Positions 1-10,090 of a DNA stretch of 49,865 nt are shown in pieces. The notes beneath the pieces are model-generated. The model had not been told where the DNA came from. It did not search any database and saw nothing but the letters and a program-made list of their open reading frames with translations. The position numbers and the translations under genes are program-made. The stretch lies in NCBI GenBank assembly GCA_038247415.1, contig JBBRUX010000029.1, positions 1-49,865 on the forward strand, written 5' to 3'. This DNA comes from Chitinivibrionales bacterium (GTDB lineage: Bacteria; Fibrobacterota; Chitinivibrionia; Chitinivibrionales; WJKA01). Within the stretch, counting starts at the first letter, position 1. Every line of letters begins with the position of its first letter.

Positions 1-55
1 AAAAATTCTTTCTGCCGATAGCAGAGCGGAAGTCTTAAAGTGTCTTGAGTGAAAA

Positions 56-104
56 TGTCAAAGAGCTAGGATCTTAATAGTTGGCCCAGATTTATTCTGG
101 ACCA
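56..104 (-). promoter_or_regulatory. Possible rRNA-leader antitermination signal (hairpin plus boxA-like GCTCTTTGACA)
   Basis: The minus strand reads TGGTCCAGA-ATAAA-TCTGGGCCA (hairpin, 82-104), then GCTCTTTGACA (56-66), similar to boxA, pointing off the window edge. No rRNA sequence is present in the window. Confidence 0.3.
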
Positions 105-158
105 TTTTTATTTTTTGCTACAATCTGCCTGTGTGGCTTTGGCGTTCCATCCACGTAC

Positions 159-300
159 TGCACCATACAGAGCCGGCGATAATGCGCCGCTGTGCGGCGC
201 GTGTTTTGTTTACAAACTTCCAAGTAATCTCGCCAGGCTTGGCGCATTCTTTACACGCGTATCCGCACAAGCAGCTTATTGGACTGCATATACATTAGGA
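159..300. repeat. Long imperfect palindrome, possibly a degenerate attC-like site
   Basis: GCTGTGCGGCGCGTGT (189-204) pairs with ACACGCG-TAT-CCGCACAAGC (253-272). The ends ACCATAC (162-168) and ATTAGGA (294-300) only loosely resemble RYYYAAC/GTTRRRY. Confidence 0.3.
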
Positions 301-556
301 ATCGGTTAAAATTTAATTTTTAAAATAGTATTCACGTCTTTTTTTGAAAGATACAATTTATTGCAATTCAACTTGCAAAAGCCTTAGAACAGTAGATGGG
401 TACCCCATTCCAGAAAAATCTTTTGTGAAACCTCCTCCTTGTGATTCAATTTATGTCAATGTCGAGGCTGAAATAAATCTTCCCGTCGTAGTGCTGTGTC
501 TGAGTTATGTGTCCCCAATCGGAGTTCCCCGCAGCCATGGCCGATGCAAACACTAC

Positions 557-640
557 CATTAAAATTAGCCCAGACTCAGCAACTTCCAATGCAAGTCGCC
601 TGTGTACTTCTGGAGGCACACGAACGATAAATTCCCATTG
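557..640 (-). pseudogene. hicB: HicB-family antitoxin C-terminal (RHH) fragment
   Basis: Translation FIVRVPPEVHRRLALEVAESGL matches the typical HicB C-terminus (SGKFxVRVPPEVHRxLAxEAAExGxSLN). No N-terminal domain or hicA is recognisable. Confidence 0.6.
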
Positions 641-720
641 ACCCGATCCTTCACTCATGAGATGATTAGTACATCCTAGGAGTACCTCCCATCTCAACAA
701 TTCAATGTATAAATCACCCT

Positions 721-1374
721 ATGCGCATCGCACTTTTCATCCGATTCCTTCTGCTTTTTGCACTGACGCTTTCATTAGTAAGTGCGATTGGCTGCGTATC
801 ACCAAAAATTTATCTTGATGATTCTGTCCTACACCAGTCTCCTGAATTTGGCTCTGAAACTTTTTCTGGCGCCACTATTTACATTTCGCCACTTTTAACA
901 TCGCGAGGTTTCGATACATCTTCGGCTATCGGGGTAGCTCGGCAGATTGAAATTCTCAAACGCGCCCGACCAGATTTGAACATCGTTGAAACGAGATCAT
1001 TCATCGCAGCCTTTAATCAAACCCACAACCCTGCCATGCTCGAAAAATTCTTTCGCAACATGTACCTGGGTAATGTCATTCCTGTTCAAAATAGTGATAC
1101 CGTTTGGCATGCACTCGATGGAAAATATCTCATAGTTATGAATCAAAAGGCATCTGCTTCGATAAAGAGCTTTGAGAACCGGACAAAAAAACGATTGCGC
1201 CTCGAAACAGAAATTTGGGACATCTCAAATCAGGAAACAGTTTGGCGTGAAGCAATAAATGCATACACGCTTAATCCAAAAGTAACAGACGTTGAGCTCA
1301 TATGGCAAGCTATTATTAACGTGTATAAAAAAATCCCTTCTTTCGTACCGTCGCTCAACGAAACTTCATGGTAA
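721..1374 (+). CDS. Hypothetical lipoprotein
   Basis: 217-aa ORF with a hydrophobic signal peptide ending in a lipobox-like SAIG-C. Confidence 0.7.
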   Translation: MRIALFIRFLLLFALTLSLVSAIGCVSPKIYLDDSVLHQSPEFGSETFSGATIYISPLLTSRGFDTSSAIGVARQIEILKRARPDLNIVETRSFIAAFNQTHNPAMLEKFFRNMYLGNVIPVQNSDTVWHALDGKYLIVMNQKASASIKSFENRTKKRLRLETEIWDISNQETVWREAINAYTLNPKVTDVELIWQAIINVYKKIPSFVPSLNETSW

Positions 1375-1461
1375 TGCATGAACATGAATTGTCCACCATG
1401 TATTTTGTTTTAAAACAGTGGTGATACGATATGTCCTTGATCTTACAAAAGTTACGCAATC

Positions 1462-1647
1462 ATGAAAGAAATTGCAGAGCATACCATAAAAGTTGGATTT
1501 AAGCGACGACCATCCGATATTTTTAACGAAGTTGATCGACTGAGTGCTTCGATGATTCGACAGGGCTATTCACTGTCTGATTCGATTATCGAAGAAACCC
1601 TTGGAAACATTCACCTGGTTTTCGAACGAGAAATTCCAGAAAGTTAA
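1462..1647 (+). CDS. Small hypothetical protein
   Basis: 61-aa ORF with ATG start, co-oriented with and 26 bp upstream of the STAS gene. Confidence 0.55.
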   Translation: MKEIAEHTIKVGFKRRPSDIFNEVDRLSASMIRQGYSLSDSIIEETLGNIHLVFEREIPES

Positions 1648-1673
1648 GGGATTATCCCTTTGGGAGAGTTGGT

Positions 1674-2024
1674 ATGGAGCATACTATAGAACAAAAAGGT
1701 CGGTTCACCCTTTTTAAAATTTCAGGAAATGTAGAAACCGAAAGTTCTACAAAAAAACTTGATGACGACGTTTCTGCATGCATCGCACAAGAGCAACATC
1801 ATTTTGTATTCAACCTCGAAAAAACAACGTATATTGACAGTGCGGGGATAAGTGTATTTATCCATTGCCTCTGCGATGTGCAAAACCATAACGGGTCCAT
1901 CTATCTTATTGCCGCCGACAATCAGGTACGAAAAGTTCTTACCATGGTAGGTATTACGCGCCTTATAAAAACCTACGATTCAGTTGACGCATTTGTTAAT
2001 GAGCAGAAAGTTGAACTCGAATGA
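1674..2024 (+). CDS. STAS-domain anti-sigma factor antagonist (RsbV/SpoIIAA-like)
   Basis: YIDSAG phosphorylatable-Ser motif, 116 aa, GGGAG RBS upstream. Confidence 0.9.
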   Translation: MEHTIEQKGRFTLFKISGNVETESSTKKLDDDVSACIAQEQHHFVFNLEKTTYIDSAGISVFIHCLCDVQNHNGSIYLIAADNQVRKVLTMVGITRLIKTYDSVDAFVNEQKVELE

Positions 2025-2440
2025 CTTCCTTTGTCAAATACTATGCCGGAATCTTTGGTATCGCTCTTATGTGCGGCGGCTGCAGCATTTCGGGATCCAT
2101 TACCGATCGCGCTCATTTTGAGATAGTTGCACAAGACATGAAACTTGAGGACGAACAAACGCTTCGCATTATGCATGGTACTACTGTTCGTGAAGTTCCC
2201 CTCTCAGGCATAGCTGATATTGAGATCATGCCTGAAATTTCAACGGTAGTTGCAAGTGAGCTCTTTTATGGAGCCCGCATTGTTCTTAAAAATGAAGGCG
2301 CTCTTTCATCCGCACAAAAAAATAGCGATTCGACAAGCGAGCGAGTTTACTTAAGTGTCAATAATACTATCAGGGCAAAAACCAAAGATGCCACGGTTCT
2401 CGTTCCCCTCGACAACATTTTCAGATTGACTATTAAATAA
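2021..2440 (+). CDS. Hypothetical lipoprotein
   Basis: ATGA overlap with the STAS gene; signal peptide with CGG-C lipobox-like motif. Confidence 0.65.
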   Translation: MTSFVKYYAGIFGIALMCGGCSISGSITDRAHFEIVAQDMKLEDEQTLRIMHGTTVREVPLSGIADIEIMPEISTVVASELFYGARIVLKNEGALSSAQKNSDSTSERVYLSVNNTIRAKTKDATVLVPLDNIFRLTIK

Positions 2441-2448
2441 CCAGTGAT

Positions 2449-4059
2449 CTAGTAGGCCATGTCTAGGTATAAGTACCACGATGGCGCTAATTGTAGCTTG
2501 CCATTTTTATCGGTAGAGGGAGCAATTCCAAAATCAAAACAGCCACTTCTGCCAATAGTTGGCGCAAGTAAACGGATTCCAGCTCCAAATCCAATTCCAT
2601 TATCAAAAAATTCCCGCCCTGACACAGGATCGGTTTCCAAGGGTTGCCATGCATGCTGCCAGACATGAGCAGCATCAATAAAAAGCGCCCCATCAAAACG
2701 GGTACTAAACGACGAATATGCTCTTAACAAATCAGATACAACCGAAAAGTCAATAGTGGGCATAGTGAATATTGGAAAACGATATTCTATCGAACCAACT
2801 AGGCTATTGTTACCCTTAAACCACCACGCAAGCTGATCGGTTCCATAACCTCGCAAACTTCCTTCCCCACCAGCAGATATACGCTTAAACGGCCCCGCAT
2901 CACCGTCGCGTAAGATAAGCTTGAGCCAATATGCAAGCGTATTATGCGAGGCAAACCCTCTATGATACCATCGCACATCAGAATTTGATTCTATGTAGCG
3001 ATACGATACATTTGAAGGCAAAAGCCAATTCGTAGTAAGCAAGCTAGAAATTGACAATCCGGCATGAGGATTGAAAGATTTATCTTTAAAATCAAGCGAT
3101 GTGCCAACCGTTACCATCATTTCGGAAAAAACAGTATCATCTTTGGTATCATGTAATGAAGGATCTATGTAAGTCCGGTTACCCTTCCAGTATACTGTAT
3201 CCCAGAGACTATCTGCTCCGTTAATCCTGCGAACATAGCGTTTAGCCCAAGAAGTATCATAACGCTCTGGTAAAAAATCTTGTGGCGAATAAAGAACGGT
3301 ATCGAAATGAGCGCCTGACAATTCGCCTAAATTAGCAGGCCCTTTATATGCCATAATGCGATAGGCAGGATTTACATTAACGTAGATTCTGGATTTTGTA
3401 AGGACATTTTTTCCTCCAGTAACCGATGCATCCAGACCAAAACGGTTCCATGGTGTCGACCGATCCGGTCCAAAGCCTACGCCGCCCCCAATGCCAAGGT
3501 AGTACAGTGTTGGCAAAAAAGGTTTTGTCCACCCAATCGAAACAGACCGGCTTTCCCATCCCGTCACCCGAAGCCGCAACGTTTCAAATCTCCCTCCAAC
3601 ATTGCCATACGCAATCCCAGCACGAGCACGAATCCAGGTTTTAGGAAGTCCATACATCTGATTGTAGATTTCCCCACCATATTCGCTCAGCGACCAATAA
3701 AATTTTTCAACCACCACAATGTAAATATCATAATTTACGCCATGATACACAGATAGAAGTGCTACAGATGTGAAGGCATTCGTTTTTTGAAGCCGTCTTT
3801 TCGCCTTGGCTAAGAGTGTAGAATCGAATTCCATTCCGGGAACAAGCCCTGCAAGCTCATACACGAGATTTTGATTAGATACCCTGCATCCTGAAATGAA
3901 AATCTGGTTGATTATTTTAGAACTGGTGTCGGCACGATTTACAACAAGGGAATCTTTCATCTCTAGAATTTCTGCAGCTGCCACATTGCTTGACAATACA
4001 CAAAAAATCATGCAAGCATAAAAAAGCCGAATTACAATGCATTTAAAGGGATGAAACAT
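2449..4059 (-). CDS. Omp85/BamA-TamA family outer-membrane protein (POTRA plus beta-barrel)
   Basis: POTRA-like N-terminus (IFISG...AKRRLQKTNAFTSV), conserved LRGY motif, GIGFGAGIR, aromatic C-terminus. Start moved to the ATG at 4059 because the longer ORF runs into rnpB. Confidence 0.85.
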   Translation of the reverse strand: MFHPFKCIVIRLFYACMIFCVLSSNVAAAEILEMKDSLVVNRADTSSKIINQIFISGCRVSNQNLVYELAGLVPGMEFDSTLLAKAKRRLQKTNAFTSVALLSVYHGVNYDIYIVVVEKFYWSLSEYGGEIYNQMYGLPKTWIRARAGIAYGNVGGRFETLRLRVTGWESRSVSIGWTKPFLPTLYYLGIGGGVGFGPDRSTPWNRFGLDASVTGGKNVLTKSRIYVNVNPAYRIMAYKGPANLGELSGAHFDTVLYSPQDFLPERYDTSWAKRYVRRINGADSLWDTVYWKGNRTYIDPSLHDTKDDTVFSEMMVTVGTSLDFKDKSFNPHAGLSISSLLTTNWLLPSNVSYRYIESNSDVRWYHRGFASHNTLAYWLKLILRDGDAGPFKRISAGGEGSLRGYGTDQLAWWFKGNNSLVGSIEYRFPIFTMPTIDFSVVSDLLRAYSSFSTRFDGALFIDAAHVWQHAWQPLETDPVSGREFFDNGIGFGAGIRLLAPTIGRSGCFDFGIAPSTDKNGKLQLAPSWYLYLDMAY

Positions 4060-4095
4060 AGCGCATTCTAAAGCAGGAGAAATAAAAATAAAAAT

Positions 4096-4495
4096 GGAGA
4101 CGCGATCTGTAAGCCGGGTTCTGTCTTTTCCGCTCGCGCAGAAGAGGCGGTCATTTATCTGGGCACAGAACGAGGCTGTACCATTGAGCGACCTACCCGA
4201 AAAGTGGTAAGGACGGACAGCCCTCCCTGCTTGCGCAGGCACTTTTCTGCTTGGTCTTGCACCAGATAGGGTTTTCCGGCTCCGTTGGTTACCCTTCGGA
4301 CGGTGGGCTCTTACCCCGCCTTTTCACATCTCACCGCACTGATATGCAAGCATACCAATGAGGCGGTCTAGTCTCTGTGGCACTATCCGTTACCTCTTAC
4401 AGAGGTACCCCCGCTTATCACAGGGTATCTTGTCCTATGGTGCCCGGACTTTCCTCTGATGCATAAAGCATCAGCGGCCGCCCGATCGCATCTCC
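4096..4495 (-). ncRNA. rnpB: RNase P RNA (bacterial type A)
   Basis: The minus strand carries the universal GAGGAAAGTCCGGGC and ACAGAACCCGGCTTA motifs. The 5' GGAGATGCGATC and 3' GATCGCGTCTCC ends pair as P1. Confidence 0.97.
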
Positions 4496-4714
4496 GGGAT
4501 CAAAAATAATTAATCGGGTAGAATTTGGCTATGGGAATGGGGAAGATACTTGCAGTTCCCTAATTCTATAGAATACACAATAATTAGCTAACTATTGCTA
4601 ATGCATTCTAAATGTAGTAGGTTATTTGAAATGGCACTTGTATCATGCCTTATTAATTTAAAGTTTCTGGCCTAATTTTCGAATTCTCATTTCTCTGAAA
4701 CAAAAGGAGATAGT

Positions 4715-6082
4715 ATGTTTCCCCATTCTTTTTCAATCTCTCAAAAAGTACGTATTGCGTTACTGCTTTCATGTACACTATGTACTTTTGCAACACAAGC
4801 GCTTGTCATTTCTGGAACAATTTCTGATGACCCGTATCCCAGCAAACGGTTTTCGGTCCCTGTAAGCAACGCAAAGATCTATTTCCAATCACCCTCATCA
4901 GTTTTGATTGCTACACCATATATAACGGGACAACCAATTGTTATGCCCCCTGTTAAGATCATAATGGACTCTATAACAACCGATACCCAAGGAAAATTTT
5001 CATATACTGGATTAGCGCGGGCCTATGATATGACTATTGTGCATCCCCACTATGCCACCCGCGGAATAGTAATAAATCCTCGTATTGACACAAGCATTGA
5101 TGTAACAGTCGTTTCTAAAAATGCTCATGCCAAAATCTCGGGAAAAGTGCTCACCCTTATAATACTTACCAAGCCAACACAAACAGCACCAATCGCTATG
5201 CCACCACCACCGATAGACTCCTGTTTCATTACTGTATCCTTTCCTCGCAGCAGCGATCAAATTATTGATATTCCTTCGATTACCACGACTACCGATTCTC
5301 TGGGAGCATACAGCTTTGATAGCATTCCCCTTTCTTACAATGTATTCCCCGTTACTATTACTGTTTCGAAAGTTGGATACCGGACGATTATTAAAGACAC
5401 GGTTATTTCTACTATGGCAACTATCGCTTACAATCCAGCGCTCATCCCAGCCCCTGCTGCAAATGGTGATTCTGTCTATACAGATCCGTCTGCACCCTCG
5501 ATTATGGACAATATTACCTTTCACCTGTACGATGCCTCTGCCTGTTGCTGCGGAGAATTTGTCGAACGGGCAATGACTTACGATGACACTGCAATCTATC
5601 TCAATTATCAACTAAACGACTCTTTGTGCAAACTTTATAGATGTATTGCAGCAGGCAGCAGGACAACCTTCACAGGAAAAATCCCCAAAGCAGGTACCTA
5701 CTCAATTTACAATGCACAACAATTTTATTGCCCCACAGGGAGAATGTGCCCAGCGATATACATGCTTCCCACCAAAATAGGGAAACTAACAGTGTTGCCC
5801 GAAGTTTCGGTGGAACAGGCAAATGCACATCGCATAATAATCCCGACAATGGCATCATCAAAGAAAAACGGCATTATCCAAATCTCTTACTCCCCTACCG
5901 TTTCCGATAATAATGCATCCATAACAATATCAACGATTGCTGGAAAATTGATATATAAATCTGGCGTTAGTGCAGGAAGCACAAGGCATCTCACTACGGT
6001 GCCCTTTTCGGGGCTCTATGTCGTTACGCTATCAACCAATAAAGGTATTGTTTATTCCCAAAGACTTTCAGTTATTAAATAA
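4715..6082 (+). CDS. Secreted protein with carboxypeptidase-regulatory-like (transthyretin-fold) repeats and a C-terminal T9SS/Por-like sorting domain
   Basis: AAGGAG RBS, signal peptide, two 'TTTDxxGxF/Y' modules, Cys-rich middle, C-terminus ...IAGKLI...SGLYVVTL...SQRLSVIK. Confidence 0.7.
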   Translation: MFPHSFSISQKVRIALLLSCTLCTFATQALVISGTISDDPYPSKRFSVPVSNAKIYFQSPSSVLIATPYITGQPIVMPPVKIIMDSITTDTQGKFSYTGLARAYDMTIVHPHYATRGIVINPRIDTSIDVTVVSKNAHAKISGKVLTLIILTKPTQTAPIAMPPPPIDSCFITVSFPRSSDQIIDIPSITTTTDSLGAYSFDSIPLSYNVFPVTITVSKVGYRTIIKDTVISTMATIAYNPALIPAPAANGDSVYTDPSAPSIMDNITFHLYDASACCCGEFVERAMTYDDTAIYLNYQLNDSLCKLYRCIAAGSRTTFTGKIPKAGTYSIYNAQQFYCPTGRMCPAIYMLPTKIGKLTVLPEVSVEQANAHRIIIPTMASSKKNGIIQISYSPTVSDNNASITISTIAGKLIYKSGVSAGSTRHLTTVPFSGLYVVTLSTNKGIVYSQRLSVIK

Positions 6083-6099
6083 ACCCTATGCTCGAATGA

Positions 6100-6139
6100 T
6101 GCCACGGCAGCCATCTACCTTCCGTGGCACATTTATTTT
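6100..6139 (+). terminator. Putative intrinsic terminator
   Basis: TGCCACGG (6100-6107) / CCGTGGCA (6122-6129) stem followed by a T-rich tract, just after the stop at 6082. Confidence 0.5.
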
Positions 6140-6305
6140 GCTATAAATCCCTCCTTAAAAAATCGTAAACCCCCAAAGAGGCAACAGCCCTTGGTATTTT
6201 TGATCTATCTGTGCCCCTCCCCTTGTAGCAAAGCCTTTAAACGATTTATTTTTATACAGACAATATCACTGTACATTTGTTCACCCCAAGATACGCCTAG
6301 GACCC

Positions 6306-8102
6306 ATGAATAAAATCTCAGAGCCCACATACGACGAAAGCAAGATAAAAACTCTCAGTTCCTTAGAACATATTCGGCTTCGAACAGGAATGTACATCGG
6401 TCGTCTTGGCGATGGATCAAATCCCGACGATGGCATTTATGTGCTCATTAAAGAAATTATCGACAACGCAGTCGATGAATACATCATGGGTCACGGGAAA
6501 AAAATTGAGATCACCCTAGAAAAAAAAATGATCTCCGTACGAGACTTTGGCCGGGGCATTCCCCTTGGTAAAGTTATCGAATGCGTTTCGACCATCAACA
6601 CCGGCGCAAAATACAACGACGAAGTTTTTCAGTTTTCAGTAGGGCTCAATGGCGTTGGAACCAAAGCTGTTAATGCCCTATCCTCGCATTTTAAAGTTGT
6701 TTCGTATCGCGAAGGCGAATTCTTTGAAGCCGTTTTTAGCCTTGGAAAGCTTAAATCTAAAGATAAAGGCACATCGAAAGAACCTAATGGTACCTATGTA
6801 GAATTTTTTCCCGATGCCGAAATATTTAAAGAGTTTAACTATAATATCGAATACATCGAAAAACGCTGCTGGAATTACGCATACCTCAACGCCGGCCTTA
6901 AGCTTCTTTTTGACGGTCAAAAGTTTGAATCTAAAGATGGGCTTTACGATCTTCTTAAAAGTGAAGTTGGCGATTCGGCAATTTATGAAATTGGCCATTA
7001 TAAAGGCAAACTTCTCGAATGCGCATTTACCCATACTGCAAACTATGGCGAAACATACTTTTCTTTTGTAAATGGTCAATTCACCTCCGATGGTGGTACG
7101 CATCAAAGCGCGTTTCGCGAAGGACTCCTCAAGGGAGTTAACGAATATTTTAAGGCAGACTACGATGGAGTTGACGTACGTGATGGTATTGCTGGGGCTG
7201 TGGCCATAAAGCTTAAATCGCCTCTCTTTGAATCTCAAACCAAAAACAAACTTGGCAATAGTGAAATTAGGGGAGACATTGTTTCTCAGGTTAAATCTGC
7301 AGTAGTCGATTATCTTCATAAAAATGTTGAGTCGGCCAGAAAACTAGAAACCAAAATTATTCAGAATGAGAAACTTCGCAAAGAATTAAACTCGGTTAAA
7401 AAAGAAGCAAAAGAAGCTGCAAAACGTGTTGAAATACGCATCCCCAAGCTCAAAGATTGCAAACATCATCTTGGCCACGACAAACACGGCGCAGAAACTT
7501 CTATTTTCTTAACAGAAGGACAATCTGCTGCAGGCTCTATTGTTACCACGAGAAATGTTTATACTCAGGCGGTTTATTCGTTGCGGGGCAAACCACAAAA
7601 TGTATTTGGGCGTAACAAAACTGCAATTTACAAAAACGAAGAACTTTACGATATGATGATGGCTTTGGGTATCGAAGAAAGCATCGAAAATCTTCGGTAC
7701 AACAAAGTCATTATTGCAACCGATGCAGATAACGACGGCTTTCATATCCGCATTTTGCTGCTTACCTTTTTCCTTAATTATTTCGAAGATTTAGTTCTCT
7801 CAAATCATCTGTACATACTCGAAACGCCTTTGTTTAGAGTTCGCAACAAAAAAGAAACCCGCTATTGCTACAGCGAAAAAGAACGTGATGCTGCTATGTC
7901 GGCACTTTCACATAACGAAGTTACTCGTTTTAAAGGATTAGGCGAAATTTCGCCCAGCGAGTTTGGTCAATTTATCGGCGAAAATATTCGGCTTGTGGAA
8001 GTAAATATTAAATCAATTAAATCGATTCCCGAAACACTCGAATTTTATATGGGTAAAAACACCCCCGAGCGACGCGATTTCATTATGGAGAACCTCATCT
8101 AA
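6306..8102 (+). CDS. parE: DNA topoisomerase IV subunit B (type IIA topoisomerase B)
   Basis: EIIDNAVDE and GLNGVG GHKL motifs, TOPRIM TEGQSA/DADNDG, RFKGLGE. Short 598-aa form typical of the Bacteroidota/Spirochaete-like ParE clade. Confidence 0.88.
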   Translation: MNKISEPTYDESKIKTLSSLEHIRLRTGMYIGRLGDGSNPDDGIYVLIKEIIDNAVDEYIMGHGKKIEITLEKKMISVRDFGRGIPLGKVIECVSTINTGAKYNDEVFQFSVGLNGVGTKAVNALSSHFKVVSYREGEFFEAVFSLGKLKSKDKGTSKEPNGTYVEFFPDAEIFKEFNYNIEYIEKRCWNYAYLNAGLKLLFDGQKFESKDGLYDLLKSEVGDSAIYEIGHYKGKLLECAFTHTANYGETYFSFVNGQFTSDGGTHQSAFREGLLKGVNEYFKADYDGVDVRDGIAGAVAIKLKSPLFESQTKNKLGNSEIRGDIVSQVKSAVVDYLHKNVESARKLETKIIQNEKLRKELNSVKKEAKEAAKRVEIRIPKLKDCKHHLGHDKHGAETSIFLTEGQSAAGSIVTTRNVYTQAVYSLRGKPQNVFGRNKTAIYKNEELYDMMMALGIEESIENLRYNKVIIATDADNDGFHIRILLLTFFLNYFEDLVLSNHLYILETPLFRVRNKKETRYCYSEKERDAAMSALSHNEVTRFKGLGEISPSEFGQFIGENIRLVEVNIKSIKSIPETLEFYMGKNTPERRDFIMENLI

Positions 8103-10024
8103 TGGCTTACGTTCATAATCTTTACAACTCCTATTTCATGGAATACGCATCGTATGTAATCAAGGACCGTGCAATTCCACATATCGATGATGGTCTAAAA
8201 CCCGTGCAACGTCGTATTTTGCATAGCCTGTACGAAATGGACGATGGCAAATTTAATAAGGTAGCCAATGTGGTTGGTCACTGCATGCGCTATCACCCCC
8301 ATGGCGATGCGTCAATTTACGCAGCTCTGGTTCACCTTGCCAATCGCGATCTTTTTATCGATAAACAGGGTAATTTTGGAAACATTTTCACAGGCGACGA
8401 AGCATCAGCAGCTCGGTATATCGAATGTCGCTTAACACCCCTGGCCAAAGAGGTTTTGTTTAATCCGGAAATAACACACTACGAGCCATCGTACGATGGT
8501 CGAAATAACGAACCAGTTGTTTTGCCTTCAAAGTTTCCCGTGCTTCTTGCAAGCGGCGCAGAAGGTATTGCGGTTGGAATGGCCACAAAAATTCTTCCCC
8601 ATAATGTTATCGAACTTCTCGAAGCCGAAATTGCTGCTCTCAATAATGAACAATTGTTGCTTTTCCCCGATTTTCCCACAGCAGGATTTGTTGACGTTTC
8701 GGAATACGACGATGGAAACGGGAAAGTACTTGTTCGTGCACAACTCGATACCTCCGATGACAAAAGGATTATCATTCGCGAGGTCCCCTTTGGTTCCACT
8801 ACCGAATCGATGATCGCATCTATTGAAGCTGCAGCTAAATCGAATAAAATTAAAATTGCTGGTATTTCCGATTTTACCGGCGAAAAAGTTGAAATTGAAG
8901 TGCTTCTTGCGCGGGGTGTACATACAAGCGAAACCATCGATGCACTGTACGCATTTACCGAATGCGAGTCGTCGATTAGTGTCAACTGCGTAGTAATTAA
9001 AGATGATAAACCAGCTATTATGAATGTTTCCGATATTATACGTCATAATGCAAACACCCTGGTTGATGTTTTACGAGCAGAACTTAAGCTTGAGGAGAAG
9101 CAGCTCAACGATAAGCTCCATGCCAAAACACTCGAACAAATTTTCATCGAAAATCGAATTTACAAAAAAATAGAAGACAAAACAACCGCAGACCTTGTTG
9201 TTCGAGCGGTCTTTGATGGCTTGGCGCCCTTTAAAGATGAAATTCTACGGCCTGTTGTGCACGAGGATGTCGAAACACTGCTTAAAATTCCAATTAGGAG
9301 AATTTCCCTGCACGACATAAACCGGGCGCAGCAAGACATAAAAGATATGCTTACACGGCTTAAAGAAATTCGTAAACACCTTGCACATATTACCGAATAT
9401 GCAATCTCCTTTTTGGAAGGGCTCATTAAAAAGCACGCACCTACATCTGCGCGTAAGACAAAAATCGTATCGTTTACAAAAGTAGATGTTAAAGAAGCTG
9501 CTCAACGAAACCTTAAGCTTCGCTACGACAAAGATTCTGGATATTTGGGCTACGAAGTTAATGGTTCGTCGCTTTTTGACGTGAGCAACTACGATAGAAT
9601 TCTTGTGATTAGAAAATCTGGAACCTATTCGGTAATTGATGCTCCCGACAAGCTCTTTGTCGACAAGGGAATGTTTCATTGTAGTCTGGCCAACAAAGAA
9701 ACCTTAGCGGATATTGTTTTTACAGCTCTCTACCGCGATGATGCAACTGGCAACCCCTATGTAAAGCGATGTAAAATCGAGCAATTTATACTTAACAAAG
9801 GATATAGCATTCCGCCCGAAGGATGCACGCTACTCAAACTGACCACAGCCGAAACCGGAACAATCTCGGTAGAATATAAGCCTAAGCCGCGTGTTCGGGT
9901 ATTAACCGAAACGTTTCTGATTCAAGACTATCTTGTTAAAGGGGTTAAGGCAGGCGGTGTGCGGTTAGCAAATAGAGAAGTAAAAAGCGCCAAATTTGGA
10001 ACTTCCGATAAATCGGAAGACTAA
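8102..10024 (+). CDS. parC: DNA topoisomerase IV subunit A
   Basis: DGLKPVQRR, HPHGD and catalytic AARY motifs; short C-terminal domain without a GyrA-box; TAATG coupling to parE. Confidence 0.88.
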   Translation: MAYVHNLYNSYFMEYASYVIKDRAIPHIDDGLKPVQRRILHSLYEMDDGKFNKVANVVGHCMRYHPHGDASIYAALVHLANRDLFIDKQGNFGNIFTGDEASAARYIECRLTPLAKEVLFNPEITHYEPSYDGRNNEPVVLPSKFPVLLASGAEGIAVGMATKILPHNVIELLEAEIAALNNEQLLLFPDFPTAGFVDVSEYDDGNGKVLVRAQLDTSDDKRIIIREVPFGSTTESMIASIEAAAKSNKIKIAGISDFTGEKVEIEVLLARGVHTSETIDALYAFTECESSISVNCVVIKDDKPAIMNVSDIIRHNANTLVDVLRAELKLEEKQLNDKLHAKTLEQIFIENRIYKKIEDKTTADLVVRAVFDGLAPFKDEILRPVVHEDVETLLKIPIRRISLHDINRAQQDIKDMLTRLKEIRKHLAHITEYAISFLEGLIKKHAPTSARKTKIVSFTKVDVKEAAQRNLKLRYDKDSGYLGYEVNGSSLFDVSNYDRILVIRKSGTYSVIDAPDKLFVDKGMFHCSLANKETLADIVFTALYRDDATGNPYVKRCKIEQFILNKGYSIPPEGCTLLKLTTAETGTISVEYKPKPRVRVLTETFLIQDYLVKGVKAGGVRLANREVKSAKFGTSDKSED

Positions 10025-10090
10025 ACAACTCTGCAGCTTAAGCTTTTTTGAATTGCACCCAAGAAACGAATGCACTTGATCATGTGTTTA

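Noticed and set aside
4060..4242. 61-aa N-terminal extension of the Omp85 ORF
   Set aside because: It overlaps rnpB on the same strand; the signal-peptide-like sequence begins at the ATG at 4059.
4632..6141. Sigma54-like TGGCAC motifs at about 4632 and 6125
   Set aside because: The GG-to-GC spacing is 12 rather than 10; the second lies in a terminator stem.
6306..10024. gyrB/gyrA
   Set aside because: The A subunit is short and lacks a GyrA-box and full pinwheel, and the overall style fits the ParE/ParC clade. Phylogeny would be needed to be certain.
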